Of a stretch of DNA of 64,000 nt, positions 38,887-52,913 are shown piece by piece. The stretch comes from Tubiluchus corallicola. Its lineage: Eukaryota; Animalia; Priapulida. The DNA lies in assembly GCA_030141605.1 (NCBI GenBank), contig JAQGDQ010000330.1, positions 200,979-264,978 on the forward strand, read 5' to 3'. Under the pieces are notes generated by a model, which worked only from the letters and a program-made list of their open reading frames with translations, was not told the origin of the DNA and searched no databases. Within the stretch, counting starts at the first letter, position 1, and each line of letters begins with the position of its first letter. The position numbers and the translations under genes were made by a program.

Positions 38887-39199
38887 CTGAAAAGGGAAAA
38901 GATTATTAAAGGAAAACAGGACGATTTTTCAAACCCTACCTCATTTTCAAGTATGGTAAGTATACATTTAAACGCCAATAATACTGCAAAAACGTTTCAT
39001 AATAAAATGGTTGATTAAAATCTTAGTGAACGACGTTATTCTTTCGCGTAAGTCATTCTTGCGAAAATGGTACGTCCCCTTTCAATATTTTAAAGAGTAG
39101 ATTGTTTTGACCTATAGTTAAAAATACATTGGTTAACGTATGTTAACTATTTTGCTAGACTGGACCTTTTGAAACAACAGGCTCTTCAAACCAGGCATT

Positions 39200-39800
39200 T
39201 TTATTTTTGATATGAAATTTTGCCATGCACATATAGATTTAAGTTTTAACGATTTTTTACCTACGCACCTAGTATCGGATTAAGGGGTCATAGTTACAAG
39301 TTGTACAAAAATTATTGTCGTATCGATGTTTTTAAACACTCTTTTGTAAACAGGGTGATCGATATATGGAACAGTTTACCGTCGGAGATTGTGTTAATGG
39401 TAGCAACTTACGTTCTTTTTAATTTAAACTACTTACATTTGATTTTAATCCTTTTTGTAAATTTAATAGAAATGACTAATTATTGTGGGCCACCATGCGC
39501 ATTCGTGTCTGGTGGCTTCTCCATTCCTAAAACATTAGCTAATCATATTTATTTGTAAGATTTTAATGTATATGTAAAATTGTATATTTGGATTGAATAA
39601 ATCTACTCTACTCTGCTCTGCTCTGCTCTGCTCTGCTCTGCTCTGCTCTGCTCTGCTCTGCTCTGCTCTACTCTACTCTACTCTACCCTACCCTACCCTA
39701 CCCTACCCTACCCTACCCTACCCTACCCTACCCTACCCTACCCTACTCCACCCCACCCCACCCCACCCTACTCTAATCTAATCTAATCTAATCTAATCTA
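39200..39800 (+). mobile_element. CR1-like LINE 3' end with pentanucleotide tail
   Basis: LRGHSYKLYK...FKHSFVNRVIDIWNSLPSEIV is a typical CR1/L2 ORF2 C-terminus; 3'UTR shared with 56530-56785. Confidence 0.8.
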
Positions 39801-39931
39801 CGGTCTGGTTTTCCTTCAGGGAATTAATTACGTACAGTTAAACACTAATACCATCGCCTGCAGTAATCTAGCCAGTTAGTAGATGAGCTAAGCATCGAGC
39901 AAGTCAACCATAGAGTCAGAATGTATCTTAC

Positions 39932-40069
39932 CTGTTAGCATGTACATGCTGCCAGTCATCATCATGCATAACACCTGCTTATAAATAATAGCTAGACATG
40001 CCATCACCACGCATCCACTAGCTAACATCAGACATACCACCATGCTGGATATTGTCGAGGTTTGTAATC
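39932..40069 (-). CDS. Claudin-like protein, exon 3 (TM2-TM3)
   Basis: Acceptor ttattaacag|GA, donor ACAG|gtaaga; RLQTSTISSMVVCLMLASGCVVMACLAIIYKQVLCMMMTGSMYMLTG. Confidence 0.85.
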
Positions 40070-40085
40070 CTGTTAATAAGAAACA

Positions 40086-40244
40086 ATAATGATAATGATG
40101 ATGATGATGATGATGATGGTGGTGATGATGGTGATGATGATGTTGATGATGATGATTACGATGATGATGGTGATGATGATGATGATGATGATGGTGTTGA
40201 TGATGGTGATGATGATGATGATGGTAATGATGGTGATGATGATG

Positions 40245-40276
<32 letters not shown>

Positions 40277-40400
40277 GATGATGGTGATGATGGTGATGAT
40301 GGTGATGATGGTGATGTAGATGATGATGAAAACAACAACAATGATAATAATTAATATATTAATAGTTATAGCAATAATAATAATAATAATAATAATAGTA
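40086..40400. repeat. (GAT)n microsatellite
   Basis: Direct reading. Confidence 0.95.
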
Positions 40401-40419
40401 ATTACGCCACTACACCGCC

Positions 40420-41010
40420 TGTATATCATTTGTTCCTCTTTAGGTCTCTTTATCAAAGGTTACGGAGGCCTAAGGCTGTTTTTGTCCCTTTGACAATAAT
40501 AACGAAATGGTTAAATACAAAAATTTGAAACCGTCTTTTCCCCTGTTTTTAGATTTAGGATTTTTCATTAATATTGGCAGTTTTTTAGATTCATGTGTTT
40601 CTTCTGCAAAGCGTCACTCCATCTATTGTAACATCGAGGCATTAACATTTATTAGAGTATTCCACCCACTCTTATCTGCAGCTAACAGCGTTTCTACTCC
40701 TAAAGATAGATTTGGTTGAAGCTGTTGAACATCTTTATTTATCTTAGTTATCAAAGGTTTTTGGTTTGCCAGGTGGTTTTTTGCAGGATTTTAAGCTTTC
40801 CTTTAAGGCGATATTTACTGTTGTTTCACTTGGTCATCTCAAAAGATGTCCTCAACATGTTGATCTTCAAATCTTGATTTTTAAACTCCAAAGAATTTCT
40901 TTCGTTCTATCATATAAATCTTCATTTTCGATTATGTATGGCCATCTTGTCTTTAAGTATTTCCTTAGAAGACGTCTGTGAAATGTGTCAATCAGCTTTT
41001 CTTGAGTTAT
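40420..41010 (-). mobile_element. Older decayed RTE-like LINE 3' fragment in claudin intron 2
   Basis: Minus strand reads roughly LRKYLKTRWPYIIENEDLY...GHLLR*PSETTVNIALKESL...KKPPGKPK, homologous to the 37.3-38.4 kb element. Confidence 0.65.
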
Positions 41011-41058
41011 CGTTAAACAAAACAATATTTAAAAAGTGTTTATTGGTAGTTGACTCAC

Positions 41059-41199
41059 GTTTATAGGAAAGCAATGCATCTTCAGAAAGGTACTGATGAG
41101 GCGTCTGATTCGATGACCAATGTTCATGATACATATAGCAAGGAAGTCGACCATCGTCGTACAGTCCATACTCAATGTTTGCTGTTTCTCTCTCTTCGT
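41059..41199 (-). CDS. Claudin-like protein, exon 2
   Basis: Acceptor ttttcag|AC, donor AAAC|gtgagt; open frame DEERETANIEYGLYDDGRLPCYMYHEHW... supplies the second extracellular-loop-1 Cys. Confidence 0.85.
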
Positions 41200-41474
41200 C
41201 TGAAAATCAATGAAATTGCTTGAATTCTTTCTGCTATTGTATCTAAAGAACTTCTTAATTCGCTGTTTTCAACACTGCTAAAGTTAACTGCGTCAGGTCA
41301 AATTCATTGCCACTTAAGTGCTTTATTAATTAGAATATTAATATTGAATAAATTTTATTAATTCGTCCAAAGGCTGAAAGATACAATGTGGAACTGCAGC
41401 GGATGAAATCACTCAGAATAATTTTTCTTGGTGGACACCCATCTAACTTACTAACTAACCAGCCCTAGCGACGT

Positions 41475-42184
41475 TTAAAGGAAAAGTCAAGCATTCTAGG
41501 AGGTTATTCGTTTTTCAATATTCGCGAAAAATGTTAGAAAGATTTAATAATGAAACTGCAATAAGCGCGTCGTGTAACTAACTAAAATTATTTTAAAATC
41601 GCCAACACTTCGTGCTTGGACGCTCCCATTTTCAATGTCCATTCTTCTTCCAATGACGTCATTCGTCGTGAAGAAAAGTAGTGCTCTGTCAGTCCTCACC
41701 AAAAGTATAATAAGTTTTTACAAAAAAAATAGCTGGCTATTTTTGTAATGTTTTTGCTTAAATATTAGATAAACTGTGGAAGTTTGAATTAGTTTAAGCA
41801 GCGCGTGCTTACGGAAAGCCACGATGCGCTTTCAAAAACTTACGAGATCTTCCAGTTTCGGGATGACTTTAAAGTGAATGGCAGCAACCACGGCATCCGA
41901 AAATTTCTATTCAGAGGTAGTATGTTTTAAATTTATGCTCTATAGTCAGTTCTTTGTAAATTTCTTTGTTATATTTTTCTAAGTTTAAGTGATAGCAGTA
42001 AAATAAACATAACATGCTGAGTGACTTGTTCTTTCCTCTAGCACACCACAAACAGTTTAAGTGATAGCAGTAAGATAAACACAACATGCTGTGTGGCTTG
42101 TTCTTTCCTCTAGCACACCACAAACAGTTTAAGTGATAGCAGTAAAATAAACACAACATGCTGAGTGGCTTGTTCTTTCGTTTA
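41475..42184 (+). mobile_element. Interspersed repeat family C (Kolobok-like MITE), 3' 72 bp triplicated
   Basis: Starts TTAAAGG; homologous to 22775-23280 and, at its end, to 1-83; 72-bp unit at 41982, 42054 and 42126. Confidence 0.7.
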
Positions 42185-43049
42185 ACTTCATAGGTATCCT
42201 GATAATGTGAACAACTTAAACATTCCCCACCCAATAAGATAAAACCATAGTATTTAGGCTTCAAAAATTGTTCCTTTGATAGGAGTCTATACTTTTCATG
42301 GATTTCCATACAAAATATTTATTATTCAGTTTCAGCTATAGCTGAGTAATTTCAATTATGACACGATCAAAGTATTTTTGTCCCCATGTAAAACCATCTT
42401 AAAGACGTCATGATCTTTATCAGCTCCTATGCAAACTTCTCATATTCAGCAACGTTTCAGTAATTTCATTTACAGCATCTGTTACATACGAAAACTTTTG
42501 CAAAATGTTCTTATTCCACGATTAAAGAGCATTTTATTCTGATTTCTTTATTTGTTCCAAATTTCCAGAAAACGCTGTGTATGTCTTAGCTTTGATGCAG
42601 TGCTGGATTAAGGCATGGGGTTTTGTGGAATGCAGCCCATAGGCCTCTGCCAGCTGATTAACTTAAATTAATTTACTGTAAAAAATTACTACAGAATGAC
42701 AGTACAAGTATGTTGAATTATCTTTTTAAAAATGGCTCAATTAATTAATAAACTGTATAATAATACACTGGAATTATTTTCTAGTCCAATAATCACACTG
42801 CCACGCTGGCAACCCAGAATATAATGAGAGAATTTCATAGGGCTTGAGAACACATCTCCTCTGACAAAGATGAGACATCTCTGTTCAAAGATAGCTTAGT
42901 CACACTTTGCCACTCATCTCAGTAGGTTCTAGCCTACTGGAACTCTGAACTAGGTATTCTTGGTTTTGTTCTTGAAGTTAAAGGAGCCTGAGCCTTACAT
43001 TTCCTGTAACCCAGAGGTCTACAAAATCAAAATCCGGTCTTGCTTTTAC

Positions 43050-43416
43050 CTGTTAAAGTATCACAGATTTTCCACAGTCCGCCTGCCATGTTTATCAAGA
43101 AAACGAAACTTGTACTATTCGCAATGGTATCATTCTCATTCATTCTTGTTTCTTTCATTACGATCATGTTGTTAGTCTCTTCAACAACAGCCACAAATAA
43201 ATGACCGTCAGGACCCGCAGAGCTGTTGGTCATTTCGTACAATACGTCTCTGTTGTAAGTGACCAACTCCCAGTTATTTTTGACCGCTGGTACCAGAACA
43301 CTACAAGTGGTCACAAGTGTCAGAAGAACGCAGAAGACGACAACGCAGATGTATTTGTCCGGAGCAACTATGGCATGAAGGCATCCTTGGTAAGGGTGCA
43401 ATAAACGGGTACACAT
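43050..43416 (-). CDS. Claudin/PMP22/EMP-superfamily tetraspan protein, exon 1
   Basis: TM1 (YICVVVFCVLLTLVTTCSVLVPAV), W of NNW, signature GLWKIC; donor ACAG|gtaaaa phase 1. Confidence 0.85.
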
Positions 43417-45456
43417 CTCACCCTCAATGGATTGTATACGTGATCTGGCACCTCATTTAGGATAGTTGAAAAGTTGTTGCTTCACATCTCTGAAGACGTC
43501 TTGCTCGTCACAATGTCCTCCGACAGACCGCTCAGGTAATTATTTAAGTAAATTTTCCTCCACAAATTACATTTCTAAACAGTAAGAATATCACTCGATC
43601 TGATAACATTACGAAATTACCAACAGTAGCTCGTGGTATTCAGTAAACTAAGCTATACTGCGTGCTTTCAATCCACAGAGTTCATAATATTTGAAATGTG
43701 ATAAAAAATTGAATGAAGTGTTTGATTAGCTGGGATAATCGCTAGTTCTCTAACTTTGTAGATTTCTCTATTGCTGTTACATATTTTAATGAAATGTGCT
43801 GAAATGTTGTTTCTAACAATGAACCTTTAATCTGTTTTTGTTTGGCACGAATGGATCAGAAATTTCAAAACAGTTCTGTACACACTTGTCCTAACAGGAC
43901 GCTCTAGTCCACCACTGTCTCATGTAGTACTATCATCTACTGTGTCGTATATTATATCACTTTTCTGGTGGTTAACCAAATAGAGAGTGTTCTCCATATC
44001 TGATCTCTGACCTTGACTATCGTTGCAGTAAGTAGTAATTTGTAATAGTCAGCCATGGTCTTTCTCTCGCAAACGTGTTCATTCGATAACCCAATGTAAA
44101 TTACTGCACGATCATCTTTAAGACTGTTTTTGCTCACTTTATAACATTTTAACAGCTGCTAAAGTGCTGTATATATGCAGACAACATGATGTTATTACTA
44201 ACACGATAAACGTCACAGGATTGTAAACAAAATAAACCAAAAACAATATAAGAATGCAGACGACAACAACAACAATAACAGGTGGAATTCTAGGTAATCA
44301 GCTAGTAGCATACCTCTGCTGTTGCTCCCATGGTAACGCACGTTAATAATTAATGCAAAGTAACAATTTTATTAATTAAGAATTGTACTGGCGGTGGGGA
44401 GTTTATACAAATTGACTTCAGCACGGACCAATGGACAATTTCCACCGAGACATTTCGTTTTTTTTATGATTTGAAGATTTACTTTGGTGAGCTGTGTTAT
44501 TACAGGTTTGCATTGTACACTGGTTTGTCACTTAGGTTCTTTGTAACAGCTGGTATTAGCTTGAAAAAAATGAAAAAAATGTTTATTTTTTCTATACAGA
44601 AGTAAAATAATTGCACTAAACTGTTCTAAAACACTGAGTCCTTAAATACGCCAATAATATACCACCACCACCAGCAGCACCACCAGCAAAGCAGACAAAC
44701 ATTCAAGCAGCACAAACAACTATTATTTGCTTGTTTGTATATTTGCGGGTATGTGTGTATGTACATTTGTTTGTTATGCGTGTTTGTTTGTTTGTTCCCT
44801 TGTTTGCTTGTTTTCTCGTCATTTATTCCTCTAGTTCTGTGCTCATTCACTCCTTTATTTGTTCATTCTTTTGTTTATCCTGACGATATTCCCTCTCTTT
44901 CTCACGCTCATTCGTATGTTCTCTCATTTATTCGCGTACATTGTTTCCACGTGTTCTTATACAGTGTAGCACTATGGAGCACTTTGATCCAGCACTAACT
45001 GTGGCTGTTGAGACAGGACCGGAAGATTATTCACTGACCCAATGAACTGGCAGGTGTGTCACTAGCCACCTTCCTTAGCGAGAGAAAACATTATAGGCAG
45101 CAGTACAGCCAGAAGCAGTTTTCATGGTGGGCACCCATCAAATTACTAGCTAGGCTCTGCGTTAATTTAAATCTCAATAGGCAAACATCGTGACAACCCG
45201 ACTAAGGCATAATGATGAACTATAATAGCTATAACTTTAGCATTTCCATATCTCATTAAATAAAATGCAAAATTCTTTTCTTTCATACAAATTTCCGGTA
45301 CAATTTGATGCGTTTACTCTGCGCTAGATGTCTCTTTCTGTTTCCAAGTTAGACAGCATCTCCGCCCCTGATAATTTACGTCAAAACCGGCTCTGTTTTT
45401 CACCTGTATTTACCTGTAAACAGTTGCCAAACTACAGGTACCGCCGCTACCACTGC

Positions 45457-45537
45457 AGTTTGCTGAAGCCAGACAATGGTTCAGTTTGCTGAAGCCAGAC
45501 AATGATTCAGTTTGCTGAAGCCAGACAATGATTCAGT
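45457..45537. repeat. 3 x 26-bp tandem repeat
   Basis: cagtttgctgaagccagacaatg(g/a)tt repeated. Confidence 0.85.
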
Positions 45538-46221
45538 TATGTTTTTTATATTATGCAAGGGTTCAGGCTTATTCTTTTTATTCTATGACATGTCCCGTTA
45601 CTAAAGGTCCTTGTACTTTGTTCTTGCTCACATCGTTTGTTCTTTATAAGATGTTCTTATTAACAGTTACAATTTGCCATAAAGTGCAAGTTTGATTATT
45701 ACAATGTTTGTTATTTTCAATGGACCCCAGACGGTGTCTCTAAAGTGCTGAAGATTGTTGATCACGTGTGAGTACAAACTGTAATATTTTGTTTTTATAG
45801 TAAAAGATATTGCTGATAAAGAATCATTACTAACAGAAATCAAGCATCTTTGTCGTAATCGTAGAAGTTATGTTTTTTATGCGTTCAACAATTTATTGTT
45901 AGCTGTCTACAACAAAAGCATATTTCACATTGTTACACTTACGTAAGAACATAAATTATGTCACTTATCTAAGACCAGACTAATAATTACAGAAAAATAT
46001 GACAGCCCAGAAAAATATTATGACAAAGATCTGACTGCGCATAATTATAACTCACATGTAAAAGGATAAGCAAGATAAACTGCTATTCACACATAATAAT
46101 TTTACGGCAGCGAAAAAATAAAAAGTAAACACATGTGCTTGATGTTTTTTATTCAATTTCCATGTCGTACTTTTGGGTCGCAGACAACATCTACTGGCTT
46201 GCCTTCAGGCATGTCCATCCT

Positions 46222-46232
46222 TCAAATACCTT
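46222..46232 (-). CDS. Cholinesterase-like protein, terminal exon (codes EGI*)
   Basis: Acceptor ccccatttcag|AA GGT ATT TGA; minus-strand AATAAA at 46148-46153. Confidence 0.6.
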
Positions 46233-46493
46233 CTGAAATGGGGATATTAATACATTAGAATAGATTAATTTTTAAATCAAGTGTTGAATCAGTTTTCCAG
46301 ATTTGCAGTATACTCAGTGATTACAGAATCACAGGTTTATTTCGCAACAAAAAACAGCTTTGACTGCTGTGGAAAAGAAAGTATGGGAGAACAGTGGCAA
46401 CAACAGTGATATAGAGGGAAAAAAGAAAGAGAGTGAGTGAATGAGTGGGTGAGTGAAAGAGATGCCCATCTGGTGCAAAGCATCAAATTATAC

Positions 46494-46666
46494 CTATCAC
46501 AGACTGTATAGCAGGTACACCCTTGCTCAAAATAATGCAGTGTTTGGTCCTGAAGCCACCTTCCTTCACCTGAATCTTCTCATCACCAATGTCCAAGTAC
46601 TTTCGTCCTCCCAATTTGAACTCTGGCCAGAAAGCAGTATTCTTGATTCCACCTTTATTAGGATTT
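46494..46666 (-). CDS. Cholinesterase-like protein, second coding exon
   Basis: Acceptor tcttctcag|A; GNPNKGG...FWPEF...KYLDI...FRTKHC matches the cholinesterase C-terminal region; donor ATAG|gtataa phase 1. Confidence 0.9.
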
Positions 46667-46941
46667 CTGAGAAGACAAATATGTAAAAGATATCAGTAAA
46701 ATCAAAACTGAAGTACAGAATATTATTGGGAGTTTTTCAGCAGACTTATTCGTGGAGTTAAAATGTTAGTGATTTCATTCTGGAGAATCTTTTAGCAAAT
46801 AGGAAAAAAATATGACAAAACACTATAAAAACGTCGCCTAATGACTAGAGTAAAAAGATGTTAGACTTGCAAGACTTCTACTTTCTATCTAACAGTAAAA
46901 TTAGTTTTGTATAAGAACTAGCAGGAAAAAACCTGGATTAC

Positions 46942-48452
46942 CCAGTTTCTGCAAAATTGCGGATGTAAGTCATCAATGATCTGCTGATGTTCTTTTCATA
47001 CTCCGTAAAGTCTTGTTCATTTTTGAGTGGCAGTCCCACAATAAATGGTACGTCCTCATCCTCTGTTACTCCATACCACTCGGGCCAAGGTGAGCCAGAT
47101 GGTCGATGGCTAAACGTAGACCAATAAACATGACCACCCCTCTCTGACCAGTGCACGGCAAACTCTGTTAATGGACAGATGCAGTAAAAATCACCCAGAT
47201 AGTCTGACAATGCACTAATACACTCCGCATTTCCAAAAGGATATTCAAGGTATGCATTGAGTACAATATTTTGGACGACTTCATCATAATCTTTAAAAGC
47301 ATTATTGAAAGTGGCGACATAGTCAGTGTAGCTGCAGTTAGGTAGGTCTTGAGTGGGGAAAATCTCCATCTCCGTTTCTCGCAGGAGCTCAGTGCCCTCA
47401 TTTTTTGTGACAGAAATCATAACTGGTACATCAGCATTTGCAAAGTTATTAGCACTTTTTGGTGGTGTTACGAGAAAGTTACCATCAAGCGTAGGCCTCA
47501 CACCCTGATCAGGTATTCCAGCAGATAACGGTAATGTAAATTGTAAAGCAATTAATACAGAAGCATTGACTTCTCTCATGCAAGATATACTGACGTCATC
47601 ATCTTCAACGCATCCAAGTGCAGCTGCAATGCTTCTGCCAAAAGCGAGGGCATTTTCAGGTTTATCATAAGTTGGATTGTTTTTCCACTCATTTGGTAAT
47701 GCAGTACGCAGAATGGCAGAAGAAAACAAACCTTTGCTAAGTGGGGACATGAGATGATATCCAACAGCCACTCCCTCAAATAGGTGTCCATCAATTGTAA
47801 GTTTACCTTTGTCCCCACCAAAAGATTCAATATTATCATTTATCCACTCAAGTGCCAAAACCTGATCCAACAAACCTTGATTTCCAGGTGATTCTGTGTT
47901 ATTCAGGAACAGAAAACCAAAAGGTCCAACTCTATAGTTGATGGTGACTACAATCATGTTGGCAAATGCAGAAAGAATTGTTCCATCCATAAGTTTTGTA
48001 TTTGCTGCTCCAAATACAAAACCACCGCCATGAATTAAAACAACTGTTGGCAAACCTCTTGCATTTTCTGGAGTAAACACATTTAGATATAGACAATCTT
48101 CACTTACTGGAGTAGTAAGATCATATACATCATTAACTTTCATCTCTTCTCCCAAAACAGCAGTCAAGGTGTCATTCAGTTGGAAGCAGGAATTGTGGGG
48201 CGTTCTTGCTAATGTTATTCCTTTCCACATTTTCACAGGCACTGGTTTTGCAAATCGTAAGTTTCCAACTGGGGGTTCAGCATAAGGGATACCTAGAAAT
48301 GTGCGCACTTTTTTGTTTAAAGCATCCTGCATGAAACCTTTCACCTTGCCAGTGGTCGTCTTGACAACAAGGCCATTTCTGTTGACCCGCTTCCCTGATG
48401 CAAATGTAAAAATGCAATTCATGATGCAGAACAAAACCCAATGACTCTGCAT
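46942..48452 (-). CDS. Cholinesterase-like (carboxylesterase family) protein, catalytically inactive; large first coding exon
   Basis: Signal peptide MQSHWVLFCIMNCIFTFASG; FLGIPYAEPPVGNLRF, SEDCLYLNV, HGGGF, INYRVGPFGFL, GNQGLLDQ, FGGD; acceptor ttatttcag at 48465 upstream of the ATG; donor ACTGG|gtaatc phase 2. Confidence 0.92.
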
Positions 48453-51400
48453 GGTGAAACAAACCTGAAATAAGACGCAAAATGATAATTCCTTTAGAAA
48501 TGATTTTGTAAGGAATTTCGCCAAGTATCTTGTTGTACAGGTGGCCATGACTACTCACCTATGCTTAACTATATAATTAGTAATGATTATAACAATCTGT
48601 CAATTAGGGTTAGGCTACAATCTATGGTAGACACAGGATTACTACTTGACTTCCTGTTCTAGTGAATGGAACCTACCAGTCAACTCCAGGCAGTGGCAAG
48701 TTTGCAGGTAGCCTATGGGGGGGGGGGGGGAGTCTAAGCAGATGGTTCTAGTATGGGAGGTGTAGTTCAATTTTGCTTGGAGGAATTAGTCGCTCTTCTC
48801 ATGATAATAATGTAAATGACAATGCATCAGCAGCAAAAGATATTATTAATTAACTGCCCTGCTGGCATCAGATTAGCACATACAAAATCGAGCAACTTAC
48901 AGTCTCTGGAGTGTCATTCCGTACAAGGTACCTCGCAACTCTAAACATGGATCATTTGAAGCGATTAAATGGGTCCTCCGTGTAGCACTTACTAACCTTC
49001 ATTAATGGTCAATGCCTTTTAATTTGACATTCAGAAAAATAAAAGAGGTGTTGTGTATTTGAATCTTTTCTCAAAACTCCACAGCCAGGCTGCTAAACTA
49101 ACTGACATACTAACTGACTAAACACCGCATGGCATAAATTACTGCGCAGGTTTATTTGTTTGAATATTAACATGAGAGTTACAATTATATAAGTAGTTTT
49201 CACAATATAACAGTCACATTTTGATACATATAACAAACATATTGACAAAATGTTAAAGTTGCTTTATGGAAATACATGATATAAGTAAGTATATCATATT
49301 TTGCTATTTTAGATTGTTGTAAACCAATAGTTTTTGCAGTTTAGTTTAATTAATGGCAATTTTATAAGTTTTATATATAATTTACATATAATATATATAG
49401 TTTACATATAAATTAGTAAGCTGTCAAAACTAGATTCATATATACACAGTATAACTAAATCTGGTACTGTTCAGTAAAGTTCAGAATTGCAAAATTAGCA
49501 ATGATAAAATGGGCAAATTATTATTAAGATGAGCAGTTTATTTGATTGAGCATAGAAAATTTAAAATTTTAAATTCGGGTAAAGTGGTTTAATTGTCTGA
49601 CTAACGTAATTATACTGATTACAGTTTTCAGTTAAGTGCAACATTGTAAAATGGCCTTTTATTTTTTAATAGAAACGAGAAAAAACAAAAAACACTACAT
49701 CAATTGAGCTGGAATATTACAGTCGAGTTAGGACAGGTGAATACTCTTACCTGTGTATAGATGTGCTTACAGCTCGTAATGACCAACAACGTGTGGCAAA
49801 AATGACTGCTCCCTCTTGACAGCAACTAAAACTGTAAACAAAGTCAAAGGTTTTATACTTTTGAAACGACCTTTAAATTTTTATTTGCACGTAAGCCGCC
49901 CAATTAACATGTCAATGGTTAACTTTATTATGCAAATAAATGAACAACCCGCATGAAAAACAAACGGCATAAGCAATTGAAAACTTTTTCTGCAAGGTCA
50001 TAGAGCAACATGCAATATTTTCCTTTAATTCTTGCCTATCCTAAAATTGTGAAAGGTGAAAAGAGTCACCTTTAGTTCTCTCTAACTGAATTGATTTACA
50101 AGAGATCCGGTTACGGATCTGAAATTTTTTGCTTTAAAGCTCGGTACTGGAGTTTATAAAGAAATAATAAAGATCAATGAAAATAGACATTTTGCTTAAA
50201 GGTAATTACTATAAATTTATTAAACACATAAAAGATTAATCTTAATATTTTTGAAATCCTGATAAATGATGAGGATTTGCTGTAATTAAATGACTAATTG
50301 ATACCTCTTCGTCCAAACAGGTCTGTTTTGTACTGTGAATGGTACTATAACATACATTACAACATGAAAATATAAAGAAAAACTAGAACAATTAAATCAC
50401 AATCACAAGGGCTTTACTATTCCAACAATAAACTCTGAAAACTGAACAAGAACAAATATAATCGATGAGAACATATATTTACATTTAACAAATATCATGC
50501 GTCTGCAAAATAATTTAATTTATTCTCTGCAAAGTCAAATCAAAACATCATAAATTATAACATTTACTGTGACTAGAAAAATTGGTGCAATAACTAAAAT
50601 TAAGCACATTAAGAAAAGGCAATTATATAACACCAATCAAGCAATAGAATAATGAAGAGCAAGAATAACAGAGAAAAACGTGTATATATCTGTCAGTAGA
50701 ACATTTGCCTCTCACCTAGGCAAATGATCCCGGATACAAGGTAATAACATTTTTATAGGTAAACATGCATACCAACTACAAATTTTCAAAGTTATGTAAA
50801 ATACGCAGCGTGGATTCAAAGTATACTGTAAATCTCTAGTTTTAACGTATAAAGATACATCTAAACCAGGGAATTTGAAATGAGCCGAAGTGTAAATGTA
50901 AAAATGATAAACGAACGAACCAAGGACAATTTCAAATTATTTTTAAGGGAAGAAACGCAATTAAAAAATCCGTTGTATAACACAAATATCTTCACTCGAA
51001 GCAAATTATGAACAGAATACAAAAACATATGACAAAATGCAACGAAAACTTCGTTATTTGCTGAAATGTAGAATTTAAAATGGCAAATATAAAATCCGAC
51101 ACAGTCAATCTATGCAGAGCTTGTTCTAGGTGTTATGTAAACCGATAAGTTTAATGAAAATCCATTACGAATTTGAACAGCCAGATAACTTTTTTCAAAA
51201 ATTATCTTATTTTCATCATCTTGAATATAAAATGGCGGATCAGTCCTAATGTCTAAATGTCATTTTGGATGTAGCATATAAATAACAACACCTAAAGAGG
51301 TACATTTAGCTGCAAAGTAATACTTTTCTTAATAAATGTCTCTTCTTTCATATTTGTTCTGAGCAGCTAAACATAACAGATGGCTGCATGAAACAACAGA

Positions 51401-51738
51401 CAAGGAAACATACTAATATTTAACTCCTTGTCAGAACGAAATTTTCTTTGTTTTTAGTTGTCTGTTATCCAGTAGGTAATTCTGATTAACTATGTTATTA
51501 TGTTAAAGTTCGATTCGGACAAAGATATTATATTTGGAGAGTTCAAAGATGTAGCAACTGGATAAAATTTTAAAATAAAAATAAGTTTACTAATGGCTAT
51601 CATGAATACAGCCATTAACCACTACCAGTACTGAAAATTTGAAACTCACAAGTTAAAATCGCGAATTGATTCTTCATTAAATAATCCCAAAGCAACAGCT
51701 AATAGAAGAGTTTTATTGTGCCGTAAAGATAAATGCAT

Positions 51739-52426
<688 letters not shown>

Positions 52427-52639
52427 TAATCTTTATTCTGCCTTTTTTAAAACATTGACAATCAGTGTTAGTTCAAACAAAAATATTCACTGTTCTGGGC
52501 AAATGTGTCTGGTGCAAGCTAAACTATGAGTGCAAACTAGAAATTCGAAAATAAAAGATAAACTACAAACACACAATGCACTATGATAAAACTACACACA
52601 TTTTCATGCCCGCACGCACCCATTCATGCTCCCATGCAC

Positions 52640-52747
<108 letters not shown>

Positions 52748-52913
52748 TTTTTTTTATAAATGTTGATAAACTGTTCTTCCCAATGTAAGCATGTTGTCCA
52801 AATCACGCCTAAGAAATTAACAACTTTTGACTGCACAATAACAGCATTTTCTATTTGTAGGGACATAGCAGCTGTATTTTCAGTATTGTTAATTGTTGGG
52901 GATCTATGCTCAG

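Noticed and set aside
48453-48548. N-terminal extension of the cholinesterase ORF (MATCTT...)
   Set aside because: Crosses a strong acceptor at 48465; the signal peptide starts at ATG 48452.
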